DNA of 63,871 bases, filler included, from Octopus bimaculoides (GCF_001194135.2; 7 parts of 6 records of this genome joined end to end with filler, not necessarily neighbours in it); one strand, 5' to 3'. Shown: positions 13,077-26,672, counted from the whole stretch's first letter. Program-made: numbers and translations. The notes: a model not told the origin generated them from the letters alone.

Positions 13077-13277
13077 AATGTATAGAGAGAAAGAGATGTA
13101 GATAGATAGCTAAGTAGAGAGAGAGAGAAAGAGAGAGAAAATGAGTAAGCAAGAGAGAGAGAGAGAGAGGGAAAGAGATGGAGAGAGAGAGAAAGATTGA
13201 TAGATGGAGAGAGATGGAGAGAGAAAGAAAGATACATAGAGAGAGGGAGAGAAAGAAAGTGAAATAGATAGATAAAC

Positions 13278-13340
<63 letters not shown>

Positions 13341-13413
13341 AATGTATAGAGAGAAAGAGATGTAGATAGATAGCTAAGTAGAGAGAGAGAGAAAGAGAGA
13401 GAAAACGAGTAAG

Positions 13414-13452
<39 letters not shown>
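12880..13452. repeat. Compound (GA)n/(TA)n/(GATA)n satellite with two ~260-bp higher-order units
   Basis: The sequence blocks ...GATACATAGAGAGAGGGAGAGAAAGAAAG... and ...GGAATGTATAGAGAGAAAGAGATGTAG... each occur twice in the same order. Confidence 0.9.
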
Positions 13453-13455
<3 letters not shown>

Positions 13456-15199
13456 GAGGCTTAAGGCCTACAAGAACTAGTTATTAACCAACTTTCAAAC
13501 AGTTGCATTGAAATTGCATCAGCGTTTCAGTAACAAATTCCCAGTTGTTGACATAAAATAAATTTCAATTGAATTTAGCAGTTGTGCGTTATTAAACTCT
13601 TTCCATAATATAATTCTTGTCCTTGTTTTGCCCCAGCTTGGTCTTAATTAAACACATCTATGATGAAAGGTACTCACAACCATAACAAGCTTGTTTTATT
13701 TCTAGGCATAGTGTAACCTGAACTACTTGATGTAACTCGCCATTTCATTTTGTAATGTTTATCAAATGACTCAAGGTAGATTGGCTGCTATTTCTAGTAT
13801 GTTGAGTGACCACATAACAGCTCCTTTGTTGACTCATAAAACTGGCTTCTGGAATGTCTTCTTTTTTATCTCAAGTTTGCAACCAGGCACTGAAGTGCAA
13901 CTTTGATTTGTTTTAAAAATTGTAAGTGTGATTTAAAGTTCAAATGGATTGACTGTTATTTCTAGCCCGCAGTGATCACATAAAGGCTTTGTTGTTGGCC
14001 CATAAAGTTAGCTTCTAGAATGTTTTTTTATCACATCGAATGTGCATCCAAGTTCTAAAGTGCATGTCAACTCTGTTATTCACATTTTAAATTATTCCGT
14101 TTAACCTGAATTGTTTGGCATGTCTTGCAGCAAAAGTATTTTATCAACAGATTATTAAGACATTATAAAAAAAGAAATATATTCTCTTTTACCACAAACA
14201 CGTTCTATAATTAAAGGAAAATATAATCAATAAAAATTTCCTCTTTTACTCCAGCCTATAACAATTCTTTTATCTTTTACGTAGAAGCTTGCCTGAAGCC
14301 ATTATATTGTCAGATATGCGAAAGTTTGGCAATGTTCGCAAATAACAGCATTGCCAATCCAACTCTGTTCTCCACTGGTAATTAGGGAGCCCCCCCCACG
14401 CAGACGCTCGACAGGTGAGATATAACATCAAAGCTTTCGTCATATAATGATAATAATAATAATAATATTATGCTATTGTTTTTGCTAAAAATAAAAAAAA
14501 AGTAAATATCACATTAGATAATGTAGTCCTATATACACTATTCATGAAAAAAACCACGAGACTGAAGGAAAGAATGCAACGCGATGGCTATGCCTGCAAC
14601 GCCTTTATTGATCAAGGGGACACTAAAACACAAGACCTAAAGAAAAAAAAATAAACAATAACAACACAATGTGTTGCTTTACTTAAAACGTGGATCAGTT
14701 GAAACGTTAGGATGCAATGGTGATGACCCTTGATGGTTCAAACGCAAAAAACTTATACTATATTATGGAATAGAAACCTGCAAGATGCGAGCGGTGGGTA
14801 CCCAGTATAACTAACGTGTGTTCTGTTGATCATTAACAATGAATTCAGAATATATCGTTATATAGATATCACAAGAATATTAGAAACATATTTAGTCTCG
14901 CTGTGAAATTAAGTCCCACGAGGGGCCTTTTTGTAAGCTTGTGTTGAGAATTTAACCATTTGTTTTCACCACGAATCGTTTACCTCTCATTGCTAAAGAG
15001 CTGGACCACAATTGTCTCAGAAAATTTATCGACAACCGAGAAGATTAGAGGAATGGTTGTTCTCAGCCAGATTTGAACTCATACCACGGAGTGTCGGAAT
15101 AAATAGCGCAATTAATTCTATCTGACACTCAAACGACTCAGCCTCCTGGCCGCCCTGACGCATTGGATATATTTCAAATATTTATAACGATATTTTTCA

Positions 15200-15630
15200 T
15201 CTTTTACTTGTTCTAGTCATTGAATTGTGGCCATGCTGGGGCACCGCCTCGAAAGGTTTTTATTCGAGCAAATCGCCCCCAGTATTTATGCTTTGATTTC
15301 TTTTTTAAAGACTGATACTAATTCCGTCGTTTTTTTCGAACCTCTAAGTCACGGTGATGTAAACAAACCAATGCCGATAGTTGGGCAGGAGGGGCAAACA
15401 GATACAAAGACGCATACATACATACACAAAACCACACACACAGAGACACACACACATATATATATATGTGTACGTATATATACGACCGCCTTTCACATAC
15501 TTTCCATCTACCAAATTCACTCGCAAGATTGACTCAGGGCTATACTAGAAGACACTGGCCTAAGGTGCCGCGCAGTGAAATTGAACCCAGAACCACGTTC
15601 TTGCAAAGCGAGTTTCTTAAACATACTGTC
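15200..15630 (-). mobile_element. tRNA-derived SINE, family A (diverged copy)
   Basis: Shares GGCCATGCTGG.GCACCG, CTACCAAAT(T/C)CACTC.CAAG and GAAGACACT.GCC.AAGGTGCC.CGCAGTG with the copy at 41905-42292. Confidence 0.8.
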
Positions 15631-16135
15631 ATGCCTACAACTATGTATACACAAAGGGCGAATGGCATATTCATACAGTATAAGTTACACCTTATATATA
15701 CGTTATAAATGTATACCTTATATGTACATCACAAAGGTAATATACATTATGAATATAATACACATTGTTATTTTAACCTAAAACTGTTTCAAATACGTAC
15801 GTTTAATATTTATTTATTTATTTATTTATTTATTTATTCATTTACTTATCTATCTATTTATTTATCTATTTCTTCATAACACTATGGTACTATAGTGCGT
15901 TTTGCCCGGAGCGTCAAACTTGTATTATCATGCAAATGAGTTTATGGCCGAGACACAATGCATTTTAATAAGTAATCTTCAGTCACTTTGTCTGAGCATC
16001 TTGGCAAGGAGAGTTAATCCTGATGAACAACGGAGTAGATCGATTTGAAGCTAAGCTGAGAAAGTTTCCATGGAGCTTAATTTCACATCGTGTTTAAATA
16101 GGTATAAACGTAACTCTATCAACGTATATATATAC

Positions 16136-16182
<47 letters not shown>

Positions 16183-16888
16183 NNNNNNNNNNNNNNNNNN
16201 NNNNNNNNNNNNNNNNNNNNNNNNNNNNNNNNNNNNNNNNNNNNNNNNNNNNNNNNNNNNNNNNNNNNNNNNNNNNNNNNNNNNNNNNNNNNNNNNNNNN
16301 NNNNNNNNNNNNNNNNNNNNNNNNNNNNNNNNNNNNNNNNNNNNNNNNNNNNNNNNNNNNNNNNNNNNNNNNNNNNNNNNNNNNNNNNNNNNNNNNNNNN
16401 NNNNNNNNNNNNNNNNNNNNNNNNNNNNNNNNNNNNNNNNNNNNNNNNNNNNNNNNNNNNNNNNNNNNNNNNNNNNNNNNNNNNNNNNNNNNNNNNNNNN
16501 NNNNNNNNNNNNNNNNNNNNNNNNNNNNNNNNNNNNNNNNNNNNNNNNNNNNNNNNNNNNNNNNNNNNNNNNNNNNNNNNNNNNNNNNNNNNNNNNNNNN
16601 NNNNNNNNNNNNNNNNNNNNNNNNNNNNNNNNNNNNNNNNNNNNNNNNNNNNNNNNNNNNNNNNNNNNNNNNNNNNNNNNNNNNNNNNNNNNNNNNNNNN
16701 NNNNNNNNNNNNNNNNNNNNNNNNNNNNNNNNNNNNNNNNNNNNNNNNNNNNNNNNNNNNNNNNNNNNNNNNNNNNNNNNNNNNNNNNNNNNNNNNNNNN
16801 NNNNNNNNNNNNNNNNNNNNNNNNNNNNNNNNNNNNNNNNNNNNNNNNNNNNNNNNNNNNNNNNNNNNNNNNNNNNNNNNNNNNNNNN

Positions 16889-17020
16889 CTCTCTCTCTCC
16901 TTCTCTCTCTCTCCTTCTCTCTCTCTCCTTCTCTCTCTCTCCTTCTCTCTCTCTCCTTCTCTCTCTCTCCTTCTCTCTCTCTCCTTCTCTCTCTCTCCTT
17001 CTCTCTCTCTCTTTCTCTCT
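16889..17020. repeat. 14-bp minisatellite (CCTTCTCTCTCTCT)n
   Basis: Direct tandem array visible next to a gap. Confidence 0.9.
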
Positions 17021-17699
17021 CAAACGTACACTGTCACATTTAATATAACTTTATAATAGCTGTGATACGAATATCATAAATATTTAATCCTATTCATAGC
17101 CCAGACCAAAACCAAGAAAACAAACCAAAAGAAAGGTTAGTTACGAGCATTAACATATTTTGCAGGCATATTTTATCAATAACTAGGACTATGTTACGTG
17201 ACTTGTGAACTTCAAAACACTTTTCATCATTAGTTAAAAGAATATGACACTCCATAGTATATAAATGGACGGTTCACCGATTTGTGACCCGTCTTTCTCT
17301 TTTATTTTTGTTTTGTGAAATAAACTGTGGAGAGAGAGTTTCATGCAATATCTGAAATAGATAAGGGTTTTATTAAAGGAAAGAAAAATAATTGATAAAC
17401 TCTCTCCACTACTTCTAGTTATGATTGATTACTGTATAAAATGTAAAACCGTATCCTCAACGCATGTTTCTCATTTCTGTGGTTTATTTGAACTTGAAAA
17501 GACGTGATAGTGACTTAAAGAAAAACAAGTGTAATGATATTAATGTTGGTTATGATAATTATTTTAATTTAGATACAAGGACAGTTGTTTCAAGAGACAA
17601 GTTTGACGATTTCATCGACCAAGAAAGCATTTGATAATTATTTAAATTTAGGCACAAGGTCAGTTGTTTCAAGGAAGAAGTTTGATGACCCCACCGACA

Positions 17700-18245
17700 A
17701 GGAAAGTGTGAATGGCAAAATTGATTCAGCGGAATTTAAACTCAGAATCTAAAGAACTGGAAAGCATTTTTTTCCGAGCAAAAGATTCTGCTAATTTCCT
17801 GTCCATTATATACTAATAATAATTCTTTCTGTGATAGGTCACAGAAATTTTGGTAGAAGGTGTAAGCCGATTACATTAACTCCAGTTCTTGACTAGTAAT
17901 TTATTTCATAGATCCCAAAAGGATGAACGATAAAACCAACCTCGGCGGCATTTGAACTTAGAATGTAAAACCAGAAGAAATGCTGCTAACGATTTTGCCA
18001 GCTCACTGCCTTAATGTTAGATATAACAATCTTCTACAGAAACAAAGCTGAATTTTCGGGAGAATGGGGCTAGTCGATTATATCGACCCCAGTGCTCAAC
18101 TGATGCTTATTTCATCGACCCCGAAAAGATGAAAGGCAAAGTCGACTTCGGCGGTACTTGAACTTTGAACGTAAAGACGGACGAAATTCTGGTAAGAATT
18201 TTGTCCGGCATGCTTAAGTTACTGCCTGTTTGCCGCCTAAATATT
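17700..18245 (-). mobile_element. Cluster of three SINE family B fragments
   Basis: Repeated variants of GGATGAAAGGCAAAGTCGAC.TCGGCGG.ATTTGAACT.AGAA.GTAAA. Confidence 0.75.
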
Positions 18246-18619
18246 GACCACAACAAGAAGAACAATTCTTAATATTGCCACACAGCCAGATATATTTATG
18301 GTGGTGAGTTACAGGTAATGAGGTCGAACATCTGGTACACATTTCCCCATCTACCCCACAAAAAAGGAAGGTAAAGTTCAACTCATTCTAACCAACGGGA
18401 TCTGAATGAAATACTTCAAACTATTTTGTCGGCCACTCCATCAATTTTACCAACCCATTAGACTTCTAACACGAATACACATTGTCTACTAGGTCCACCA
18501 CGGGAACTGTAAAAATCTGTAAAACTTTTCAGAAGTTTATCATTCAAGCATAAATGAGCACCTCTAGATATGCAAGTATATGTATGAGAAGACACACATA
18601 GAACAAAACACACAAATCT

Positions 18620-18905
18620 CCACAGATACATACATACAAAAATACCCTGTTGTTGATGTTGAAATTCCACTGAAGGCCTTGGATCTAGGTTAGAAACCGG
18701 CTCTTTCTCTATCAGCTAGAAATCTTGAAACAAAACTGAATAAGATATAAATCTTCACATGCAGACTCCAAATACTAGCGTACATAAACACATACATGTA
18801 CAACTACTCTGTTGGTGTTATTGAAATTCCAGTGAAAGAATCTTGGGTCTAGGTTAGAAACCAGTTCGTTCTCTATTGGCAAGAATTCTAGAAATAAAAC
18901 TGATA
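18620..18905 (+). repeat. Two copies of an unclassified dispersed repeat (GTTGAAATTCCA...TCTAGGTTAGAAACC...GAAATAAAACT)
   Basis: Further copies at ~22165-22275 (-) and ~32595-32685 (+). Confidence 0.75.
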
Positions 18906-19599
18906 CAAATAAAATAAAAACACACTGACACACATATGAACCAAAGTGGCCTAACTGAAAGCACGTGGCTCCGAATCCCTGAATATCTGAGTTTGAACGG
19001 AACGAATCATCAACTGATTTCTTAATAATATAAACTCTACCATCATATATCGGTTATTCATTCTTATATTTTATGAGTAAAAACCTATACTACCAATTAA
19101 GTTTTCATAATTAATTCCAGTATATTTTCCCAATAATTCTTTTAAGTTATCACACGACGTGGTGATCCTTCACTCAAATCATTTATCCTCGCCGGTCGTT
19201 CTAAGATCTTACAGTTATGGTTAGAAAACACCTTTCTGATGTGGAGCAATAGGGCTGAGAAACATATTAGGAGATATCACGCGTACTGCTGATGATTAAG
19301 ATTCCTTTTATTTCCCGTTGGATTTTGTACTTAATTTATTTTAATTAAATTACCAGAGTTGTCTCCCCTGTCTTTATTGATTAGAATTAGTCATTTAGGT
19401 AAGGATTATTTTTTGTCGTTCTTTCGTCATTAAGGGTGGAATTATAATTAATTAAAAATTTTCGTTCCTTGTGCATCAAGTTATGCTTGTACCCACTGTG
19501 CAATTAGTTAGTTGTTCATTGTTCACGTACGAAGCGACCCAGGATATTTTTATACTGTTATTTTTTCAAAGGTTAAAAATAACTAGAATGACACATTGA

Positions 19600-19779
19600 A
19601 ATGTTAATAACAAGAAGATTCACAGAAACAACAACAGCTAGAACAACAACATCAAAAATTGCATCAGAAGCAGCAACGGTAATGACAATAACAACATTGC
19701 TACGAAAAACAACAAACAACAATATCAACGCCGAAGCCAATAATGATAATCACAGCAGTAGTAGCAACAACAACAGCAA

Positions 19780-19815
<36 letters not shown>

Positions 19816-20050
19816 CAATTGCAGCAACGATAATAGCTTGCAAAAGTGCAACGGCAACTGCAACAGGAATGACAATAACAGCAACATCAACAATAGATAA
19901 GAAAAAAACACCAAAGACGATAACGAAAACAATAAACAATTATACCAACACCAACACCAATAATGCCAAACACAACAACAACAATGACAGCAATAACAAC
20001 AACTACGTCGATACCGACAACAGAAAATAACAACAATAGCAAAAAAAAAA
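19600..20050. repeat. Degenerate (AAC)n/(AAT)n trinucleotide field
   Basis: Visible repeat; the poly-N and poly-T ORFs here are by-products. Confidence 0.9.
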
Positions 20051-21388
20051 AAATAAAATTAGTTTTAGTTTTTCACAAAAATTGTTTATTTAATAGAGAA
20101 TCTATACTTGGTGACTCTACATGTTTGTAAGACTTTATATTAATTGGAAAAATGCATTGGAAAAATGCATTTAGAGCAGTGACGTCATAAAATCGATGGC
20201 ATTTAAAAAATTTTTTCACTGGAAGCTTATCAGAAAGAAGATGCGATCGTTCGACAATCAATGATTAATTGTCCGAGCGAGGGACAATTCAGAAAATAAC
20301 TGGAGCTAAAAATATAGATGCGGCGAGAAAAAGCGAAGTGAAGGAATGAATTTTAAGTAAATTGAAAACCCGCATAAGGGGAATAAAAGGTAAAAAAAAA
20401 AAAAAAAGAAAGGAGAGAAAGAAAGAAAAAGAAAGAAGGACAACAAATATGAACCAATAAATAAAATGAACACAACGACAATAACAACAACACAATTATA
20501 TATATTAATGAACTGAATTTAATATGGTCGAGGAAAATTTCCATATTCAGTCTCGTAATGGAGTGTGAGTTGTTGAATAACTGGATCTTACACGATTATA
20601 AATAAAAGCTTAAATTGGCAATCGATATATTAGGCTGTAGGCGATGGCTGCCACTTAAATAGTTGGTTCCTGGCTGTGGAGTTCATTTGTGAAGAAAAGA
20701 TATAATATCAATGACGACATCATTTAGTAGAAGTCTCGTAGAATTCAGTGTCATATCAATTCATTTACATTTCATTAAGCAGTAAATAATAGTCTTTAAA
20801 CTTTGTATTGTAAGAATGATACAGAGGCCAGATGTACCTTCCCGTGAGCCGGCCATTTTGTTTTAATCGCACTCCTTTGTTAAGATGTGTAGTTAGGTTT
20901 TATAATTTTCGTATGCTACAGCACGAAAATGTAAGGCTGTTATTTCGAATTTAATTGGTTCTTTACAGCACGAAGAGAAAATATTTGTGTTGTTAACGTC
21001 TGACTATATGATATGACTTTATATTATAGCGGGGTGAGGCACTGTTTAATGCATGAAGGCTATGTTTAATGAGATACGGACGATCTAATGAGGTAGTATT
21101 AAAGAAAATTTGATTAGATACACAGAAAAAAAGACAAAATTATATTTATTGTGAAAATATAATTATAAGTATTAAAGCAAGAAAATGGAAAAGTGGAAGC
21201 ATGGCCATGTGGTTAAGAAGCTCGTTTGCAACCGTATAGTTTCGGGTTCAGACCTTTTGGAAAATGTCTTGTACTATAATCCCGGGCTGACCAATGCCTT
21301 GGGAATGAATTTAGCAAACGGAATCTGCGTGAAGGCTTGTCTTATCTATCTATCTATCTATCTATATTTCATAAATTGGCCATACAAC

Positions 21389-21443
<55 letters not shown>

Positions 21444-21626
21444 ACAGACAAAAGCGTAAATTTCGAACACAGTATAATTTTGAAAACAACAGAAAAAGAT
21501 CGGGTATTTACCCTTATAAAACAGATAAATGTTGCCACCAGGCAGCTAGGGAAATCGAACCCTGTACCTCTCAAATACCGGCTGAGTGCTCTACCTTTAA
21601 GCTAAACGCCTCCTGGAATACATATG

Positions 21627-21822
21627 AATTTAATCACAACCAAAAGAGCTACTAATAATTTCATGCTTTAATTGTGATACTTTAATTGTGCATATTTATA
21701 AAATACGCCATGTATCTCCGAACGATTCTTTGGAGATACATGGCGTATTTTATAAATATGCCTAGGTAAAGTATCATAAAAGCATGAACCTATTTGTAGC
21801 TCTTTCGGTTGTGTATTAAATT
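21627..21822. repeat. Fold-back inverted repeat (MITE-like) with a perfect 30-bp inner stem
   Basis: 21690-21719 is the exact reverse complement of 21732-21761 (12-nt loop). Degenerate pairing extends out to about 21627/21822. Confidence 0.88.
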
Positions 21823-21867
21823 AATATTTATCTGTCTTTGGATGGAGTACGTTTTTGTTGATTCTAC

Positions 21868-21951
<84 letters not shown>

Positions 21952-21976
21952 TTATATTTTTTATTAATATACAACT

Positions 21977-22072
21977 GAAGTAACAGAATGACTCAAGGTC
22001 TGAGAGTTTCGTGCGTTGGCACTTATCAACGCACGCACGGAACTCTCGGACCTTGAGTCACTCTGTTACTTC
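21977..22072. repeat. 96-nt imperfect hairpin
   Basis: GAAGTAACAGAATGACTCAAGGTCTGAGAGTTTCGTGCGTTG pairs with 22027-22072, with three substitutions and one 4-nt bulge. Confidence 0.88.
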
Positions 22073-25032
22073 TGCTATATATTAAGAAAGATATACATAT
22101 ACTCATAGTTTTGAGTTCTATTTTTCTTGTTTGCATTAACATACGTATATATATGTATGTATGTCATTGGTCAGTTTCGTTTCAAGATTTCTTGTTAATA
22201 GCGAAAGAGCCGGTTTCTAACCTTGATTCAAGTCTCTCTCATTGGAATTTTAACTTCAACAACAGGGTATTTTTGTTTGTATGTATGTATGCATCTATGT
22301 ATGTATGTATGTATGTATGTATGTATACATGTATATATGTATATGTTCAGCTTTGTATGTTTTGTTTTATGTATGTATTCTCATGAATATAGTTGCATAT
22401 CTAGAAATGCTCACATATATTTTTAGAGTTCCAGTGATGGGTTAGATCTGTAGTCTTCTTCGAATTAGCTTTCTACTTTCTGGTTTTGAGAAGCCTAATT
22501 TCCCAAGATTGGTATTTAGGCAGTGCGTTACATATCACAAGGCACCAATAATTACAGGTATATACCTGAACTTGTATGTATGTATGTTCGGCAAAAGAGA
22601 CCGATAAAATAAGTACTAGGCTTTCAAAGAATAAGTCCTGGGGTCGATTTGCTCGACTAAAGGCGGTGCTCCAGCATGGCCGCAGTCAAATGACTGAAAC
22701 AGACCATACTGCAAGAGTTGCCATGAGAGAATCTCTCATATTAACCTTTTAATGCAAAATGTCCTCCTGTTTATATCGCTATCGGGGAGATAAATCCCGT
22801 TTCCTCCAGCGCCGAGACTACCAATACATACGGAAATAAAAAGATCACGTGATTTCGACGTTGTTTGGTCTTGTCAATGGCAGACACTCGTCCACTAGGG
22901 GCAACAGCGATTCATAACCCCCAAAGAAGAAACTGACTCTCTAATTTCTCTTTAAACATTATTTTCTTTCAGATCCACGTGTATATTTGTTGTCAGCATG
23001 AGTGTCCAGAACTTCTGACGGTCTTCCAGACAGAGAGCGGGTTTTAGACATCCCGAAGATGTCAACATTTTCTTAAATACGAAGCACAGAATTCTTCTCC
23101 AGCCTGCATTTATGGACCCTAAAGACCATGTTGTGTCTATACTTGCATATATGATTGTTTACGTACAGCATTGTGTGATGTGATAGGTAAATTTATAATG
23201 ATTATATTGAAAAATATAAAGTGATATATTTTATTATGACAACGCTGTTTGATATACGTTACGATAGAATAAGGTAGAAAACATTTTGAATATGGAATGG
23301 TTTGGCTCTAAGTATATCGCATTATATGAGATAACTGAAAGTATTAGGATTTGGCTGAGCATAGTTTGTGAGATAGGAATAGTATGGTGAGATATGATAT
23401 GATAACAGGATTGTATGTAGTATTAAGCTAGGATATGATGTTCGAAGATTTAGTTGGAAGATATTGTGTAGCGAATATGCATGTATACACATACATGTGT
23501 ATGTGTGTATACACTCACGCAAGCAGATACACTTGTAGATACAAAAATGCATACATGTATATAATATATGCGCATACATGCACATATGTATGTATGTGCG
23601 TATGTATGTACGTATACAGAGGGAGGGTTGTCATAATCGGATTGACTGCTTCGTGGTATTTGTTCTCTGTGCGTTCAGTTCAAATCCAACCGAGATCGAC
23701 ATAGTCTTTTATATTTACGGGTCGATTTAAAAAGCACCAATTTAAGTTTTGGATTGGCAGAACTGTACAAATATCGGACCAGATGCCTTACAATATTTTT
23801 TCCAGATTTTTTGCGCTTTAGGTTCAAATCCTGTTATGGCTTACTTGCGTGGTGGACTTAATACGGCACCCTGTCTAATATCACTACCGGGCATCTTGTG
23901 TGATTTTAGCAGAGACAATTTTGTTGTAAGCATCCGGGCCAGGTTTTCAGTTTGAGGATACCTTCCTTCCTTCCTTCCTTCTGTCTCTCCTCACGTGACC
24001 GGTGTTCAGCCAAGCCTGATCTTTCTTTCTTGGTTCGGCCGCCGTCCGTGCAACATCTATATTCCTCCCTGTGCCTGTGAAATCTTGTATCCTTGCCGTA
24101 AGGCTTTACTTCCATACACGCCAGCTTAATTTAATTTGTTCTTAGTCGAAAGACACCTGTTGTTATGTCCTGTTATTTGTATTTGTGTAACATTCTCCGT
24201 TTTTTTCCGTCCTTGTTTTCGTATACATTCGCTAGTTTCTTCCAAGGAATCTAATGCTCTTAGCTTAGTTTTTCCTTAGGGCTGGCTAGACTGGAGCAAC
24301 CTCGAGTATAACCAGCCGAAATTGCAAAGATAATCTGGAACTCGACTGAGGAAAGAAAGCTCCGAATGACTCGTCCTTGTTTTCTTTGTATCGTCTATCT
24401 GGATGTCTTATCCCTTTTTTGTATCACCAAACTGTGTGGATATTTTGCGTTCTTGTCCCATTTTGTATTTTCTATATATATATATAACATATAGCGGTGT
24501 ACGTACACTTTGGTCTCTTATATATGTATCGTACATTAACCACATGAACCAAAAGTACATTCGCATCTTCATTTTATATACAAACCAACTTAATGAATTA
24601 CATAGCCTCTAATTCTGCAGTATCTGTAGGAATAAAGCATATTCGGAGCATCCTGATGAAAAGGATGGATACAAACGTTTGTCACGAAAGACAAGGAAGT
24701 GTGCAATTTTGTCTTTATACAGTGTTTTTTTTTTCTACCCGTGTTTCTACACGTTAGACTTGTAACTTATCCCCGTATACCTTATAATTAGTCATAATTA
24801 TTCATTGAGCACTTTCAGTTAGTTCTAATTCACTTACTCGAACTGAGGATATTCTGTTGAATTTTTGTGAGTCGAATAAACTAGCAAACACACGCAGGCA
24901 CGCACAAATACCGCTATCTGTGCATGCATTTCCGTGGGTGTCTGCCCAAACATGGCCGTAGTCTAATGATTGAAACAGGTAAAAGATAAAAGATATGGGC
25001 ACTTTTTGACGGAAGTCTGATGATGTGCCACT

Positions 25033-25127
<95 letters not shown>

Positions 25128-25323
25128 ATCTATGCATCTTAATGTATACACAATGGATAGTTCGGCTATTTTAATTATATACTGCCTCAAACACGAATAT
25201 AAAATACATATATACGTAAACGATCCATGATATATGTATGTATGTATGTATATATATACATATATACATATATATATGCATATGTATTTGTATGTATACC
25301 TGTTACGTACACATAAATATATA

Positions 25324-25357
<34 letters not shown>

Positions 25358-26290
25358 GCACATACATGTATGACGTATGTATGTATGTATGTATGTATGT
25401 ATGTATGTATGTATGTATGCATATNNNNNNNNNNNNNNNNNNNNNNNNNNNNNNNNNNNNNNNNNNNNTTAATTAATTAANNNNNNNNNNNNNNNNNNNN
25501 NNNNNNNNNNNNNNNNNNNNNNNNGAGGGGGGATGTCGATTATACTGACCGAGGTGTTAAACTGGTACTTTTTTTTATCGAATCAGAAAAGAAAAAGGGC
25601 AAAGTCGACGTTGGTGGCATTTGATCTCAGAATGTAAAAAATGCTGCTAAGCATTCTGCCCTGCGTGCTAACGATTCTGCCACCATGCTTCTCTATTGTA
25701 GAGACTAATATTAAAGGTTAGTTAGCATTATTCTTTAATCTTTAAATACGCTTAAGTCTTCTTTTATAGTCCTATTCACCTTTAGGACACATTACATGAA
25801 TATTAAATCGCCACCACTATTTCACTAGCATTTTACTTTTATCGATACGTTGAACGATGAAATGCAAAGATTTCCTTGGCAAGATTTGAACTTAAAAAAT
25901 GAAGAGCAGTAATTAGATATCGCTTGGCATAGTGCCTGAAGCTATAACGATTGCAAGTTTAGTATTATAAACATTGAAAGAACTGCACACATAGAACTGA
26001 CAGCAGTTTCCTTAGTTTGCCGTGTTGCGCTGAAATTCTGCCATGTTGTTGTTGTTGTTATTGTTGTTTTACCCTCAGATCACATCTCATCGAACTGACA
26101 TGCAATCAAAGGTATTCAAGTCATGACTATACTGTCTTTCTGAAGTTTATCTCAAACTGGTTTATCCGATTTGTCCTTTTTTTTGTTTCTTTTTTAGGAA
26201 GAAAAGATGGTTGCGTGTGACTTGAGAGAGAATTAGCTGCTATTTCTTGCAAATCGAACGACTACATAGAGGCGCCATTCATTGATTGTT

Positions 26291-26672
26291 ATTCAGGTAC
26301 TTGTTTTTTCTCTTCCTAAAGTAATTCTCTCCACTTTCATATATTCAGTGGAGAAGGCTAGCCATTGAATTTGGTTAAAAAGAGACGATGAGCGATGGCT
26401 AGAGAAATATTGAGCTTTGTTTTAATAATCAGTTGATCTAGCCAGCGGGGCCTCATATCAGTGAGGGGGGCCGGTGCGCATTGATGCCGTCGAGAGGTAG
26501 GCCCCGAAACGGCGCGCATTCTCTCCTGATGACCCCATACACTTGCTGGCTTTCGGTATGCGGGGTTATTGACTGGTAGCACTTGCATGTGCGAGTTGTT
26601 GTTTGCAAGACATATTCAAGTACTTGTTTTTTCTCTTCCTAAAATAATTCTCTCCACTTCCATATATTCAGT
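26291..26672. repeat. 59-bp direct repeats (26291-26349, 26614-26672) flanking a 264-bp partly GC-rich insert
   Basis: ATTCA(G/A)GTACTTGTTTTTTCTCTTCCTAAA(G/A)TAATTCTCTCCACTT(T/C)CATATATTCAGT occurs twice with 3 mismatches. Confidence 0.9.

Noticed and set aside
22843-22910. Palindromic E-box ATCACGTGAT and CTCF-like CCACTAGGGGCA as a distal SREBP-type element for MVD
   Set aside because: Short motifs expected by chance; the CTCF-like word is one G short; no evidence of linkage to MVD about 15 kb away.
24275-24715. Hammerhead-like words (CTTAGGG..GGCT/AGCC-GAAA; CTGAGGA..GAAT; CTGATGA at 24653 with GAAA at 24686)
   Set aside because: Core mismatches or no valid stem I/II pairing; at most decayed relics inside an unclassified repeat.
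26466-26571. Formal call of an HDV-like or hammerhead ribozyme in the GC-rich insert
   Set aside because: No canonical P2 or catalytic C for an HDV fold, and the CCCC-GAAA / CTGATGA-CCCC arms cannot pair as stem II. Kept only as an unexplained structured insert.
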